64,000 bases of DNA, taken from contig CBDULP010000004.1 of the NCBI GenBank assembly GCA_965368085.1, forward strand, positions 25,401-89,400, written 5' to 3'. The notes below the pieces were generated by a model. That model searched no databases. It was not told where the DNA came from and was given only the letters and a program-made list of their open reading frames with translations. Of this stretch, positions 29,122 through 39,600 are shown in pieces (position 1 is the first letter of the stretch; each line of letters opens with the position of its first letter). The position numbers and the translations under genes are program-made. The stretch comes from an uncultured Peptoclostridium sp. Lineage in GTDB: Bacteria > Bacillota > Clostridia > Peptostreptococcales > Peptostreptococcaceae.

Positions 29122-30204
29122 TTAAATTTCTGGCAATGCCAATGCCTCTCCAATCTTAGGCAAAACACTTTGTGCTTCTTCATCTATATTTCCATCCTGC
29201 TTCAACAATGGCGTTTCAAGTAAAATTTTCATTACCTGAGCCACCTGATATGCCAAGTGAATAGATTTTTTTTCTTCAACTGTCAATTCAGTATAATCTA
29301 TAACCATTTTCTTTCCTAGTATCCGCCTAATAGCTCTTTTAAATTTAAATCCAAAACTCCTATCTGGACTATTTTCAAAAGTATTCAACATAATTTCCAA
29401 CCCATCCAATATGTTTGTCATCTTTTGGTCCATTTGTTCAGTCACGTCGTAAAATTGATCAGATAATCTGTCTATTGCTCTAAGAACACTACTTGCACAT
29501 TTCATTTCCTCTGCGGCTTTTTCCGCTTGCGCATACTTCTTCCTAGCTTCCGCCAAATTTTCCCTTGATTTTGCAGCCATGATCATACCGCCTATAGCTA
29601 ACACTGGTCCTGCCACAATTCCACCTAAAACTGCAGTTCCGCCTGCCATTCCCAACCCTCCTGCTGCAAGAGATCCGCCCCCAAACCAAGCCATTGTAGC
29701 GTTAGCCGCAGCCGCACCAGATAATGTACTTATCGCTGTACCAGTCGAAGCAGTAGCAAACATCATGGCTCCTCCATATGATGCTACTCCAGCTAAAGCT
29801 CCCGCCCCTAAAGAAGTGAATCCTCCAGCCACTACCTCACCTGCTTTCAATGACATTTGTTTCATTTCTCCTAGTTCTTCATCTGTAACATGCAGATATA
29901 AATCGCTATCTATAGCTGCTTCTCCTTCTAACTCTACATTTTTTACCCTCTCCACCAACTGTATAAATCTTCCAAACTGTCTGTCCCAAATTTCTAATTT
30001 TAGTTTTCCTAATTCTGATAACGATTCTGCTGCACTTTCTCTACATCGCTCCATTTCATACTTCGCATCTTCAAATAACTCTTGTGCTTCTTCAAAAAGC
30101 TCCCTTGCTTCTGAATTATTCGAAACAGCCTCCGCTCCCTTTGCAATTCCTGTAATTCCCCCAATAATTGCAGCACCTGCAAGCAAAAAAGGTAATGGCA
30201 TCAT
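29122..30204 (-). CDS. Hypothetical glycine-zipper membrane protein flanked by coiled coils (gene 3 of candidate system)
   Basis: N-terminal TM (PLPFLLAGAAIIGGITGIA), a coiled coil, then a ~90-aa Gly/Ala-rich hydrophobic block (GGFTSLGAGALAGVASYGG ... GGLGMAGGTAVLGGIVAGPVLAIGGMIMA), then helical Lys/Glu-rich segments. Its ATG overlaps the upstream stop (ATGA at 30201-30204). Confidence 0.5.
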   Translation of the reverse strand: MMPLPFLLAGAAIIGGITGIAKGAEAVSNNSEARELFEEAQELFEDAKYEMERCRESAAESLSELGKLKLEIWDRQFGRFIQLVERVKNVELEGEAAIDSDLYLHVTDEELGEMKQMSLKAGEVVAGGFTSLGAGALAGVASYGGAMMFATASTGTAISTLSGAAAANATMAWFGGGSLAAGGLGMAGGTAVLGGIVAGPVLAIGGMIMAAKSRENLAEARKKYAQAEKAAEEMKCASSVLRAIDRLSDQFYDVTEQMDQKMTNILDGLEIMLNTFENSPDRSFGFKFKRAIRRILGKKMVIDYTELTVEEKKSIHLAYQVAQVMKILLETPLLKQDGNIDEEAQSVLPKIGEALALPEI

Positions 30205-30497
30205 TCATTCCTCCTATTCTCTTCAATTAATTTTTTCCGTAATAAATCACATGATTTGTAATTTAGCATATGGTATTCTTGTAGTGTATATCTTTTTTTA
30301 AAAACCAAACTGTACATTTTATCGATATTACAAAATTCCGGCCTAGTCTCGTATATGGTACATAAATTCGTATTTAAGTCCAAGAATTTACAAATCCCAT
30401 CGCCTCTGTCCAAATCCTTATACAAATAATTTAGACTTATCGATTTACAACATGCCCCACATTTTTTACATTTGAATAAGCTCTTCTGCTCTTCCAT
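30201..30497 (-). CDS. YkgJ/UPF0153-family Cys-cluster (CxxCxxCC) protein (gene 2 of candidate system)
   Basis: FKCKKCGACCKS ... GICKFLD ... LCTIYETRPEFCN is the zinc/iron-chelating CxxCxxCC domain pattern. It overlaps the upstream gene by 32 nt. Confidence 0.65.
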   Translation of the reverse strand: MEEQKSLFKCKKCGACCKSISLNYLYKDLDRGDGICKFLDLNTNLCTIYETRPEFCNIDKMYSLVFKKRYTLQEYHMLNYKSCDLLRKKLIEENRRNE

Positions 30498-30873
30498 ATA
30501 AATTTTTTAACTCCTCTATCCATTTTTTTGTTTTCTGGAACTGTCCATCACCAATTTTAAACATTGTCATTATATTCTCCACTATTTTCTTTTCCTCATC
30601 CGCAAATACATCATCTGCAAATACAAGTGCAATTATTTCCATAAAAATCGCATTTTTTACAGCCCTATCTGCCTTACTAAATTCACCTAAAACATTTTCT
30701 AAATTGATCTTTTCTCTAATTATATAATCGCTTTCCGACAGCTCTAACTCCCTTCTATACTGTCTAATCATCTCCTTTTCTTCTTCAGCAAAATCATCAT
30801 CACAATTTGCTATATAATAAGCAACATCCAAAAAATTCTTTCTTTCTTTTTCATTAAGAATATGCAAAAACAT
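30466..30873 (-). CDS. TerB-like domain protein (gene 1 of candidate system)
   Basis: 135-aa all-helical protein with a duplicated acidic motif (IANCDDDFAEEEKEMI and VFADDVFADEEKKIV), as in TerB/DjlA-N-type domains. RBS AAAGGGGA lies upstream of the ATG. Confidence 0.6.
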   Translation of the reverse strand: MFLHILNEKERKNFLDVAYYIANCDDDFAEEEKEMIRQYRRELELSESDYIIREKINLENVLGEFSKADRAVKNAIFMEIIALVFADDVFADEEKKIVENIMTMFKIGDGQFQKTKKWIEELKNLYGRAEELIQM

Positions 30874-30968
30874 TTTTCATTCCCCTTTTCATTGTTTTTT
30901 ATCAACATCTCTAAGCTTTAAAAATAAATCCACAAATCAATTCTCATGAATCTCACTGAAATTGTATT

Positions 30969-33902
30969 CTAAACCCTTTCAATAAACTCGTTGAAATTAT
31001 CATACTCCTGAAATTTCACCTCATTACCCAATGCTTCAAAATGCTTGTGACCACATGCTATTTTGCTAATCTCACTCTGCCTTAGTTCTTCGGCAAGTAT
31101 ATTTCCCTTTGTCTCCATTACAAAGTACAGCTTCTCTTCCCCATTTTTTTCTACAAGTACAGACCAGTCTGGATTGTAGTTTCCAAGTGGTGTTCCTATC
31201 TTAAACCATCCCGGAAGTTTTGCATAAACCTTAACGCTATTATTCCTTTCGAATTTTTTCGCAAAATCTGCCTCAACGTCAGAGTCGTAAACAATATACT
31301 CGTATACAGACTTTTCGCTTTCAATCATGTTTTTAGACAGATATCCGAAAAGCTCCTCTTCCTCGAACAGCTCCTGCGCGTAAAATTCCTCGTCACCCAT
31401 CTTCTGATACTTTATTCCATCTACTATAAAGTATTTCATTTTCCTTTGTATTATCAGGCTTACTTCATCCATAAACTTTTGGGGATTGTTCTTGAAATCT
31501 TCAAGCCTCCCTGACTCTTTCAGAATTCTAACAAGTGTTTTCCTTGTAAGGTTTGTCTCATTTTGAAGGTACGTTATTATGTCCGGCAGGGCATATCCCG
31601 CATCATCAACCTCTACCGAATACCTGTCGCTTTCTTCTGCTATTGTCCCGCCAGCATTTATATCCACTTGAGCCTTTGAGTATATGAGCCTAGCCTTGTC
31701 GACTTTCAAGCTTTTCATTATCTCTTTTACACATTCCTCTACAAGCTTTTCCGTATCGAACTCCACTGAATATGTAGTCTTGTATTTTATCCTGTCCCAA
31801 AGTTCCTTAAACTCCGGGCTCAAAAACCTTCTCTTGTTGATTTTTACAGGCTTCTTGTCGGTTGCATTCTTTATGTTGAGGCTTGTCGCAATCTTCTTTA
31901 TCACATCGACAACCTTTGCCTGGACATGTTCATACTTCTGCGGAAGCTCGACTCCTCCAGCCTTTAAGTCAACTTTTAAATCATCCGTCACTCTGCCGCT
32001 GTCGTCTATGTAATCCCTTTCCTTCATGTAACCCCACAGTTCTTCCGACGCCTCTTGCTCCAGATACTTGCTCTCCCCGTCTTCTTCAAAAGTTATATTG
32101 GCAAATGTGTGCTTTTCGATTATTCCGAATTTTATGCCCTCTTCTTTTTCTATCTCTTTTTGAAGCGACTTTGCGAAATCCTCATACGATTCGTTCGCCA
32201 TGACGGTGAGAGTGTTTATGTGGAAGCCATGCTTTCTCTCTCCGTTTTGATCAACGGCAATTCTTAGGCCTCTTCCTATCTTCTGGCGCTTTGTGAATGA
32301 GTCTTTGTTCTCTATCAAAGTACATATCTGGAACACATTTGGATTGTCCCATCCTTCTTTAAGTGCTGAATGCGAAAATATAAACTTAAGCTTGGAGTCG
32401 AAGCTCAAAAGTTTTTCCTTGTCCTTCATTATCAGAGAATATGTATCCTCGTCTGCAATCGTGTTTCCTTTGGTATCCTTCAGTTTTCCCTTTTTATCCT
32501 GGGAAAAATATCCGTCGTGTACCGCCTCAACCTCTGTGTCTACGTCCACGTCTTTAAAGAAGTTGTTGTACTTTGGCTTCTGTATTATATTCTTGTACTC
32601 CTCCTCAAACCACTGGGCGTACTTGCCTTTCTGCCTGTTGCCCTCACTGTCATAATGCCTGTAATTTGCAACTTTGTCTATGAAAAACAAGCTCAGTACC
32701 TTTATTCCCTCCTGCTTTAACCTCATTTCCTTTTCGAGATGCTCCTCTATTGTCTTCCTTATCTGAGCTCTCTTTATCACGTCATCGTCGACCTCTCCTC
32801 TGACTTCTCCAATACTCAGCCTATCCTTGGTTGAAAAGTCGACATACGCGGCTCCCTCCTCTGCATATATCTCGCTTATCCTGTAGCCGCTGTACTGCTC
32901 TCTTTCTCCGGAGACAGCAAAAATGTCATCACCCTTCTTCACAGTCACTATCTTTCTCTTTATCTTGCCTCGCTCTTTCTTGTCTATCTCAATCTTAGCC
33001 TTTATGGGAGAGGTCTTGTTGCTGACACTCACAAGCTTCATGTACGCATCGTTATTGTGGTCCTTCGACATCAAGCTTGCAACCTCTATTTGCTTTACAA
33101 GCTGCCTTTGATATGCGTCTACAGCATCCAGCCTGTACATGAGATTGTGCTTTTCCTTGTGCGTTGCCGAATACCTCAGAGTGCAAAGGGGGTTGAGTGA
33201 CATTACTGCATCGCTTGCCTTTTTCGTACTTACAGTCGACTGCGGCTCGTCTATTATCACTATTGGATTTGTGTCCCTTATAAAGTCCAATGGTCTTAGC
33301 CCATTTGTCCTCTCGTGGTCATTGTTTATTATGTTAGTGTCCTTATTGAACGACTGTATGGTCATCACCATTATCCGTATGTGGTCGCTTGTTGCAAACT
33401 CCCTTATGTTTTCAATGCTTTTCGACTTGTACTCATTGGCCTTGAATATCACATTGTCATAGAGAAGCCTGAAATGCTCGCTCATTATATCTATTGATTT
33501 TACAACGCCTTCCTTTATGGCCACTGAAGGGACTACTATTATAAACTTTGTAAAACCATACTTTTTGTTTAGCTCGAATATAGACCTGAGGTACACATAA
33601 GTCTTTCCTGTTCCTGTCTCCATTTCAACTGTGAAGTGATAGTTGTCCTTTTTTATTTTTTCCGACTGCGCAAGCCCGTTTTTTAGCTGAATCTTCCTGA
33701 CATTTTTGAGTATGTCTTCTTCGTCAAAGTTCGAGTCCAGCTTGTTGCCTATTCCTAGATTGGTTTCGCTCATCCCCACCTGCCCAAGTAGGTTTGCGAC
33801 TGTGAAATTCGACTGGACTATAGACTGTCCCTCAAATATATTGACAATAGAATCTATGGCTTCTTTCTGGTAGTCTAATTCCGGATTGAATTTAAGCTTC
33901 AA
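30969..33902 (-). CDS. res: Type III restriction enzyme Res subunit (SF2 helicase plus C-terminal PD-ExK nuclease)
   Basis: MKLKFNPELDYQKEAIDSIV N-terminus, Walker A METGTGKT, motif II IIDEPQS, helicase C motifs, and C-terminal NPDWSVLV ... YFVMETKG (PD...ExK). Confidence 0.85.
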   Translation of the reverse strand: MKLKFNPELDYQKEAIDSIVNIFEGQSIVQSNFTVANLLGQVGMSETNLGIGNKLDSNFDEEDILKNVRKIQLKNGLAQSEKIKKDNYHFTVEMETGTGKTYVYLRSIFELNKKYGFTKFIIVVPSVAIKEGVVKSIDIMSEHFRLLYDNVIFKANEYKSKSIENIREFATSDHIRIMVMTIQSFNKDTNIINNDHERTNGLRPLDFIRDTNPIVIIDEPQSTVSTKKASDAVMSLNPLCTLRYSATHKEKHNLMYRLDAVDAYQRQLVKQIEVASLMSKDHNNDAYMKLVSVSNKTSPIKAKIEIDKKERGKIKRKIVTVKKGDDIFAVSGEREQYSGYRISEIYAEEGAAYVDFSTKDRLSIGEVRGEVDDDVIKRAQIRKTIEEHLEKEMRLKQEGIKVLSLFFIDKVANYRHYDSEGNRQKGKYAQWFEEEYKNIIQKPKYNNFFKDVDVDTEVEAVHDGYFSQDKKGKLKDTKGNTIADEDTYSLIMKDKEKLLSFDSKLKFIFSHSALKEGWDNPNVFQICTLIENKDSFTKRQKIGRGLRIAVDQNGERKHGFHINTLTVMANESYEDFAKSLQKEIEKEEGIKFGIIEKHTFANITFEEDGESKYLEQEASEELWGYMKERDYIDDSGRVTDDLKVDLKAGGVELPQKYEHVQAKVVDVIKKIATSLNIKNATDKKPVKINKRRFLSPEFKELWDRIKYKTTYSVEFDTEKLVEECVKEIMKSLKVDKARLIYSKAQVDINAGGTIAEESDRYSVEVDDAGYALPDIITYLQNETNLTRKTLVRILKESGRLEDFKNNPQKFMDEVSLIIQRKMKYFIVDGIKYQKMGDEEFYAQELFEEEELFGYLSKNMIESEKSVYEYIVYDSDVEADFAKKFERNNSVKVYAKLPGWFKIGTPLGNYNPDWSVLVEKNGEEKLYFVMETKGNILAEELRQSEISKIACGHKHFEALGNEVKFQEYDNFNEFIERV

Positions 33903-33913
33903 ATCATCACCCC

Positions 33914-35875
33914 CTATACGCTCATTATCTCTTCAATACCATTTCTTCTTAAAATTTGGATAGCGTTAGTCTTAACTGAATCACTTTTAAACCCATTGTC
34001 CTTGAAAACTACCCTTATTACCTCAGGGCAGAGCTCTTCCTTAAGGCTTGCTATGCCTTCAACAACATCAAGCGTTATGTCATCATCAAGACATACAATA
34101 AGCGCTCCAAATCCTATACTAAAAATCTTCTTTCCATTTATTTCAAGCTCTTCAACAGGATAAGTCAAATCAATGCCGTATTTGAGCATTATCTCGTAAA
34201 GCACATCCTCTTGAGTCCTTCCATCAACAAAATTGTTTATCATGTTGTCAAATGTCAGCTCCAGGTTGTCATAGTCAGGATTCCACTTTTTTAGATTGGA
34301 AGAGTCCAGCTTAAACACTTTAAATCCTGTATCCAGATTCTCAATACCTTCCTTGTTCTTGTTTTTTTCAACAATCTTGTCTCCAGCTTTCCTGATTCTT
34401 TCCTTTCCTATTTCACATATATTCTCATATCCGACCTTGTAGGCTTCACTTTTTTCATCACAGGGTTCTTGTAGCTGAACCATTATAAATTTTCGTTTGC
34501 TTCTATCCTCTATATTGAGCTGCATTACTGCATGGGCTGTAGCAGCAGAACCCGAGAAAAAGTCGAGAACTACATCCTCCTCTTTAGTTAAAAAACTTAT
34601 TAAATCACATAAAATTTCCTCATCCTTAGGATAATCAAAAACTGTAACTCCACCAAATAATTCTCTTAGACGCTTCATTGCAGCACGGTTATCTTTATAT
34701 ATAACACTATATGGAACTTGGTATTCCTTATCCTTAAGATACATTTTTCGGCAAGGAACTATATTTTCATCGATTCCAAAATGGATATTTCCTTTCTTTA
34801 TCTCCTCATTCATCCTCTCGATACTTGAAAAAACCCATCCTCTGGCTGGAATTTTACATTTCTTTCCCGTTATCGGATGATAAATATCATACTTAGGTCC
34901 GCCACCTCCAGGCCAAGAAATATCAGCAGGAAAATATATTCCTCTATTATCTATACACTTATAATGTTTATGTTTTTTTGATGGATGACCATCTGACAAA
35001 GACCTATACCATCCAACAAGATCTTTTGATGCCTGCGAATAATCTTCCTTGTAAAGTGCCACTAACTCATCTACTTTTTTATATATTTCATCCAATCCTT
35101 CCTTTTTTTGTCTCCACACTATTCCATCTTCAAGCAAACGACCTTTATTTTTTGCATAGATTACTATATATTCATGAGAATTCGAAATATACTTAGAGTC
35201 ATTTTTTCTCCCGGCGCTCCATATCATAGCGCTAATAAAATTCTGTTCCCCAAATAACTCATCACACATCTTTCTTAGATTATTAATTTCTATATCATCA
35301 ATACTAATAAATATAGCCCCGTCATCACTCAGAAGATTCTTTGCCAATCTTAGTCTCGGATACATCATATTCAACCAGTCGGTATGGTATCTTCCGCTAC
35401 CTTCTGAGTTAGTGCTTATCTTTCTTCCTTCCTCATCAACCTGTCCTGTTATTTCGAGGTAGTTTCTGAGGTTGTCCCTGTAATCGTCTGGATATACGAA
35501 ATCCTTCCCCGTATTGTATGGGGGGTCTATGTATATCATCTTTATCCTATTGTGGTATGTCTTTTGGAGGAGCTTCAGCACTTCAAGGTTGTCCCCTTCT
35601 ATATACATATTCTCAGTCGTGTCCCAATTCTTACTTTCCTCTTTACTCGGCCTTAAAGTCCCAGTGGAAGGCGTCTGTGCAAGCTTTATCGACCTTGACT
35701 TCCCATTCCACTCGAATCTATATCTTTCTTGTCTGTCCTCTATGTACTCTCCTAAAATCTCCTGAAGCCTTTCAAAATCTATTCTGTCCTCGCAAAACGC
35801 CTCTGGAAAGAGGTCTTTTATTCTGTTTACATTTTCCGCCACTATGTCCTTGCTTCTAAAGTCAAGTTTTTGCAC
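33914..35875 (-). CDS. mod: Type III-like DNA methyltransferase Mod (beta-class N6-adenine/N4-cytosine)
   Basis: Motif IV IYIDPPYNTG comes before motif I VLDFFSGSAATAHAV (beta-class order). The N-terminus is typical of Mod subunits (EWNGK ... GTLRP ... NLYIEGDNLEVLKLL-like). Confidence 0.85.
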   Translation of the reverse strand: MQKLDFRSKDIVAENVNRIKDLFPEAFCEDRIDFERLQEILGEYIEDRQERYRFEWNGKSRSIKLAQTPSTGTLRPSKEESKNWDTTENMYIEGDNLEVLKLLQKTYHNRIKMIYIDPPYNTGKDFVYPDDYRDNLRNYLEITGQVDEEGRKISTNSEGSGRYHTDWLNMMYPRLRLAKNLLSDDGAIFISIDDIEINNLRKMCDELFGEQNFISAMIWSAGRKNDSKYISNSHEYIVIYAKNKGRLLEDGIVWRQKKEGLDEIYKKVDELVALYKEDYSQASKDLVGWYRSLSDGHPSKKHKHYKCIDNRGIYFPADISWPGGGGPKYDIYHPITGKKCKIPARGWVFSSIERMNEEIKKGNIHFGIDENIVPCRKMYLKDKEYQVPYSVIYKDNRAAMKRLRELFGGVTVFDYPKDEEILCDLISFLTKEEDVVLDFFSGSAATAHAVMQLNIEDRSKRKFIMVQLQEPCDEKSEAYKVGYENICEIGKERIRKAGDKIVEKNKNKEGIENLDTGFKVFKLDSSNLKKWNPDYDNLELTFDNMINNFVDGRTQEDVLYEIMLKYGIDLTYPVEELEINGKKIFSIGFGALIVCLDDDITLDVVEGIASLKEELCPEVIRVVFKDNGFKSDSVKTNAIQILRRNGIEEIMSV

Positions 35876-35877
35876 TT

Positions 35878-36651
35878 CTATTCCCCCTGTTCACCAAACT
35901 GGCCTATCAAGGCCTTTTTTATCTCTTCCTGCTTTTTTATTTCTATGTTAATTCTGACCTTGTTGCTAAAGCTCGCTTCTTTTTTTATACGGCCCTTCAG
36001 CTCCGCAACCCTCTTTTCAACTTCCCCTATTCTGCCCATGAGCTCTTTCACTTTCTGCGGATCTTTGCCCTCCACCTGTGAGTAGCCCCCTGCAATCTCC
36101 GATGCGTTAAGCAGATTTATCCTGTCAACCATATCCGAATAGAACCTGTAGAAGTTGCTAAACGAAAGCTTTCTTATATCTATGCTCTCCAGAAACCGCA
36201 TTTCCCTATCGCTGGGGCTTTCAAAATTTATCCAGTCGGTGTATATAAACTCCTCCACTGCATTTTTGCTTCTGTCAGCCATGTTAACTCTCTTGTGAGC
36301 GGCGCTTACGAGCATACTGTTTTCATATGTGATCACAAGCAGCACTGGATACGGTATTGTCCTTTGTATTATCTGGGTTATGCGTTTTGCCTTGTTGACG
36401 TTTTCAAGCACGACCTCTATAACAGCCACTTCTTCGTATTCGCGCTCTCCATCGATATACGGCTGAATGTTTATGGTATTCTCTTTGAACGAGAACCTCC
36501 ATATGATCTTCTTGACATCGCTTGCGAAAATCTCCCTGTCTTTTTTACTCATGCCAGAGTTCTCGTAGAAAAGCTTCTTGAATATTACGTTGTCCACCCT
36601 ACATGATTTTGGTGCATTCAAACTGTCGAAAAAGCTATACATAATATCCAC
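35878..36651 (-). CDS. DUF4391-like protein
   Basis: 257 aa. I recognise the layout (N-terminal P-K-S-x-V-x-x-x-I-x-K-K-L-F ... EVAVIEVVL ... IPYPVLLV, C-terminal coiled coil) as the DUF4391 type commonly found between a helicase and a methyltransferase. This is recollection only, with no search run. Confidence 0.5.
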   Translation of the reverse strand: MDIMYSFFDSLNAPKSCRVDNVIFKKLFYENSGMSKKDREIFASDVKKIIWRFSFKENTINIQPYIDGEREYEEVAVIEVVLENVNKAKRITQIIQRTIPYPVLLVITYENSMLVSAAHKRVNMADRSKNAVEEFIYTDWINFESPSDREMRFLESIDIRKLSFSNFYRFYSDMVDRINLLNASEIAGGYSQVEGKDPQKVKELMGRIGEVEKRVAELKGRIKKEASFSNKVRINIEIKKQEEIKKALIGQFGEQGE

Positions 36652-39600
36652 CTACTTTATTATCAGAAATGATATAAGCTCGAAGTCTTCAATTCCAGAA
36701 AAAAGATTTTTCTGCATCGTCGTTCCTCCCTTACCGAAAAGACTAGCAACCCCCTTTTCCTCAGTCTTTCCTATTATGCTCTCTATGGCAACCTCCAGAA
36801 GCTCCGAGTACCTTTCCATGTCTATACCTTCCCTTGTGTCCCTGTTGAAAGTCTCCACAAGTTCTAAGTCCACAGAGCTCTTGCCGAGGCAGAGCTTCTT
36901 GTAGTAGTCCATTGTTTTTTTCATGTGTATGTGACTGTGCCTTACCGTTCCATCCTCATTAACATATACCATGTAGTACGGATAGAAGGGGTTGTGCTCC
37001 TGCGGCTTTGCCGATGCATTTATCTGTCTGAGCGTGAAAATCACCCCTGATGCCATGTCCTCGCTTGCAAACTTTCCTTTCGAAGAGGCTATTGCGTACA
37101 TGCCCATAGGAGCCCTATCCAGCTTGTCCCTTTCGCACTTCATGTTCTCCATGAGGTCCATCTTGAAGTCATTCATCGTTAGGTCTGTGATTGAAATTCC
37201 TCCAGAGATGTCCTCAAGATCCACCACTTCATCCTGAAGCTGCTTCAGCTGCTTTTTCCTGTACTCCAAATCATTCATCTTCTTTTTTTCATCAAACTCG
37301 ATTACATTCTCCTCCCCTGTTGCGGATATGTCGAGGAGCACCATTCTCCCTGCTACCCTCGCTTCGAGGTTTATATACTCGTCAAGCTGCATGTTGGGCC
37401 AAAAGTTGACAAGCTGCACAGATTCATTCTTAGATCCCAGGCGGTCTATACGCCCAAACCTTTGTATTATCCTTACTGGGTTCCAGTGTATATCGTAGTT
37501 TACGAGGAAATCGCAGTCCTGCAGATTCTGTCCCTCTGAAATGCAGTCTGTCGCAATCAGAAGTTCTATCTCATCTCTGGCGTCCGACTGGATTTTATCC
37601 CTTTCTTTTGAAATCGGAGAAAAATTTGTAAGTATTGAGTTGAGGTCTTTTCTCGCCACGCTTTTAAGCGTAGTCCTGTTGCCCCCAGAACCCGTGACAA
37701 GAGCAGAGTGAAGTCTGTACTCGTCCATTATCCAGCTTGAAAGGTTCTCATATAGATATTGAGCGGTATCCGAAAATGCTGTAAACACTATCGCTTTCTT
37801 GTTCCCGCAGTTTACAGGGTTTTCGAGCTTTTCAATTATGAGCTCCTTGAGGCTTTTGAGCTTTGCGTCTCTTTTGTTTGTCACCTTGGCTGACTCTATA
37901 AGAAGCTGCTCAAGCTTATCCTTGTCATCCTCAAGATCCTGCCTCCACCTTATGAGATCCATGTCCTGAATCAGCACCTTTACCTTGCTCCCTATCAGGA
38001 CATCCTCGTATTCCGCATCGTATTCATCTACGTCCATTATGCTAATGCCCTCGTCGTATTCAAGCTGATTCGCTTCTATCTTCTTGAGCATTCCGTCTAT
38101 CTGGCTTAAAAGCCTTGACACCGTTAACCCGAATGAGCTTATCGAGCTTTCCATCCTCTTGAGTATGTTGATTCTCATAAGATTAATAAGGGCCTGCTCC
38201 CTGTCCGTCTGCCTAAATATTGAGTTTCCATTTTTAACGTGTACGTCGTACTTCTCGCTGTAGAGCGCCCTTTTTTCAGGAAGGACGTACTTGAGCGGAG
38301 AATATGCGCTCATGTTGAGATTCTTTATGGCCTTGTTCACATGTTCGAGAGGCGGAAAATTTCCGGTTGTGTCTATGTCCGTGTATTTATTGATCGGCTT
38401 TCTCCTTACCGGAAACTTTCCTATCTCTGCTACGTTGTAATACTTTTCTATGTGCTTTCTCGACCTTGCTATTGTTACTGTATCAAGAAGCTTGAAATAG
38501 TCAGTGTTCATCATCTCGACAAAGACATCTGTCGTGCGCTCTCCTTCTGAAAGCTCAAGCCACCTGTTGAACACAAGTTGGGCCTTTCTCAGCGTCTGCT
38601 CCAGACTTGCGATCCCTTCGCCTTCAAACGCCCTGTCGTTGCCTTCCGTTATGAATGCTATCTGGTTTTTGATGTCATTCATCTTGTTGTTCACTGGAGT
38701 AGCCGAAAGCATTAGTATCTTCGTCTTGACGCCTGCCTTGACCACATCTTCAAGAAGCCTTGAATACCTCGTCTTCTTGTCTTTTCGTAGGTTGTTGTTC
38801 CTGAAGTTATGAGACTCGTCTATGACTATAAGGTCATAATTCGACCAATTGACGCTCTCTAGGTTTATTTCACCCGAGTAGCCATTGTACCTGCTAAGAT
38901 CCGTGTGATTCAGCACGTCATAGTTAAACCTGTCATCCACAAGTATGTTTCGCCTGTCGTTTTGGGTGTATACCGTCCAGTTCTCCCTGAGCTTTTTAGG
39001 CGAAAGGACAAGGACACGATCATTTCTGAGCTCGTAATATTTGATTACAGCAAGCGCCGAATATGTTTTTCCAAGCCCTACCGAATCGGCGATTATGCAC
39101 CCGTTGTGCTTTTCAAGCTTGTCTATCGCACCAAGGACTCCGTCCTTTTGAAACTTATAGAGCTTGTTCCATATGAGGGTGTCCTTGAATCCTGTCTTTG
39201 TCTTGACTATATTATCTTCTGTCAGTTCATCAAGATAATCCCTGAAAATGTTATAAAGTGTCACGAAGTATATGAATTCAGGTGTATTTTCCTTATATAT
39301 CACCTGCATTTGCTCTAAAACCTTTCTTTTGACGTCCTCGAGCTTAGATTCATCCTCCCAAAGTTCGTTGAACTGCTGCATGAACTGAATTGTGGCCTCA
39401 TTGCCTATTATGCATGCATTCATATCATTTCGGCTCGAAGAAGCAAACCCAAGCCCATCAGCTGTGAAATCGACAGTGCCGTTAATAGAGACATTTACGT
39501 CCTTATTTTCAACAAATATAAGGCGCTGTTGAGCCGGATTGGCACTCTTAAATGACTTAACCTGTACCTTCTCCCTAAGCCAGTCTGCGCACTCTCTAGC

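Noticed and set aside
29579-30301. 240-aa + strand ORF, Pro/Ala-rich (MIIPPIANTGPATIPPKTAVPP...).
   Set aside because: It is the antisense reading of the Gly/Ala-zipper gene at 29122-30204 (GGN/GCN codons read as NCC/NGC). It has no RBS and lies entirely within a better-supported gene.
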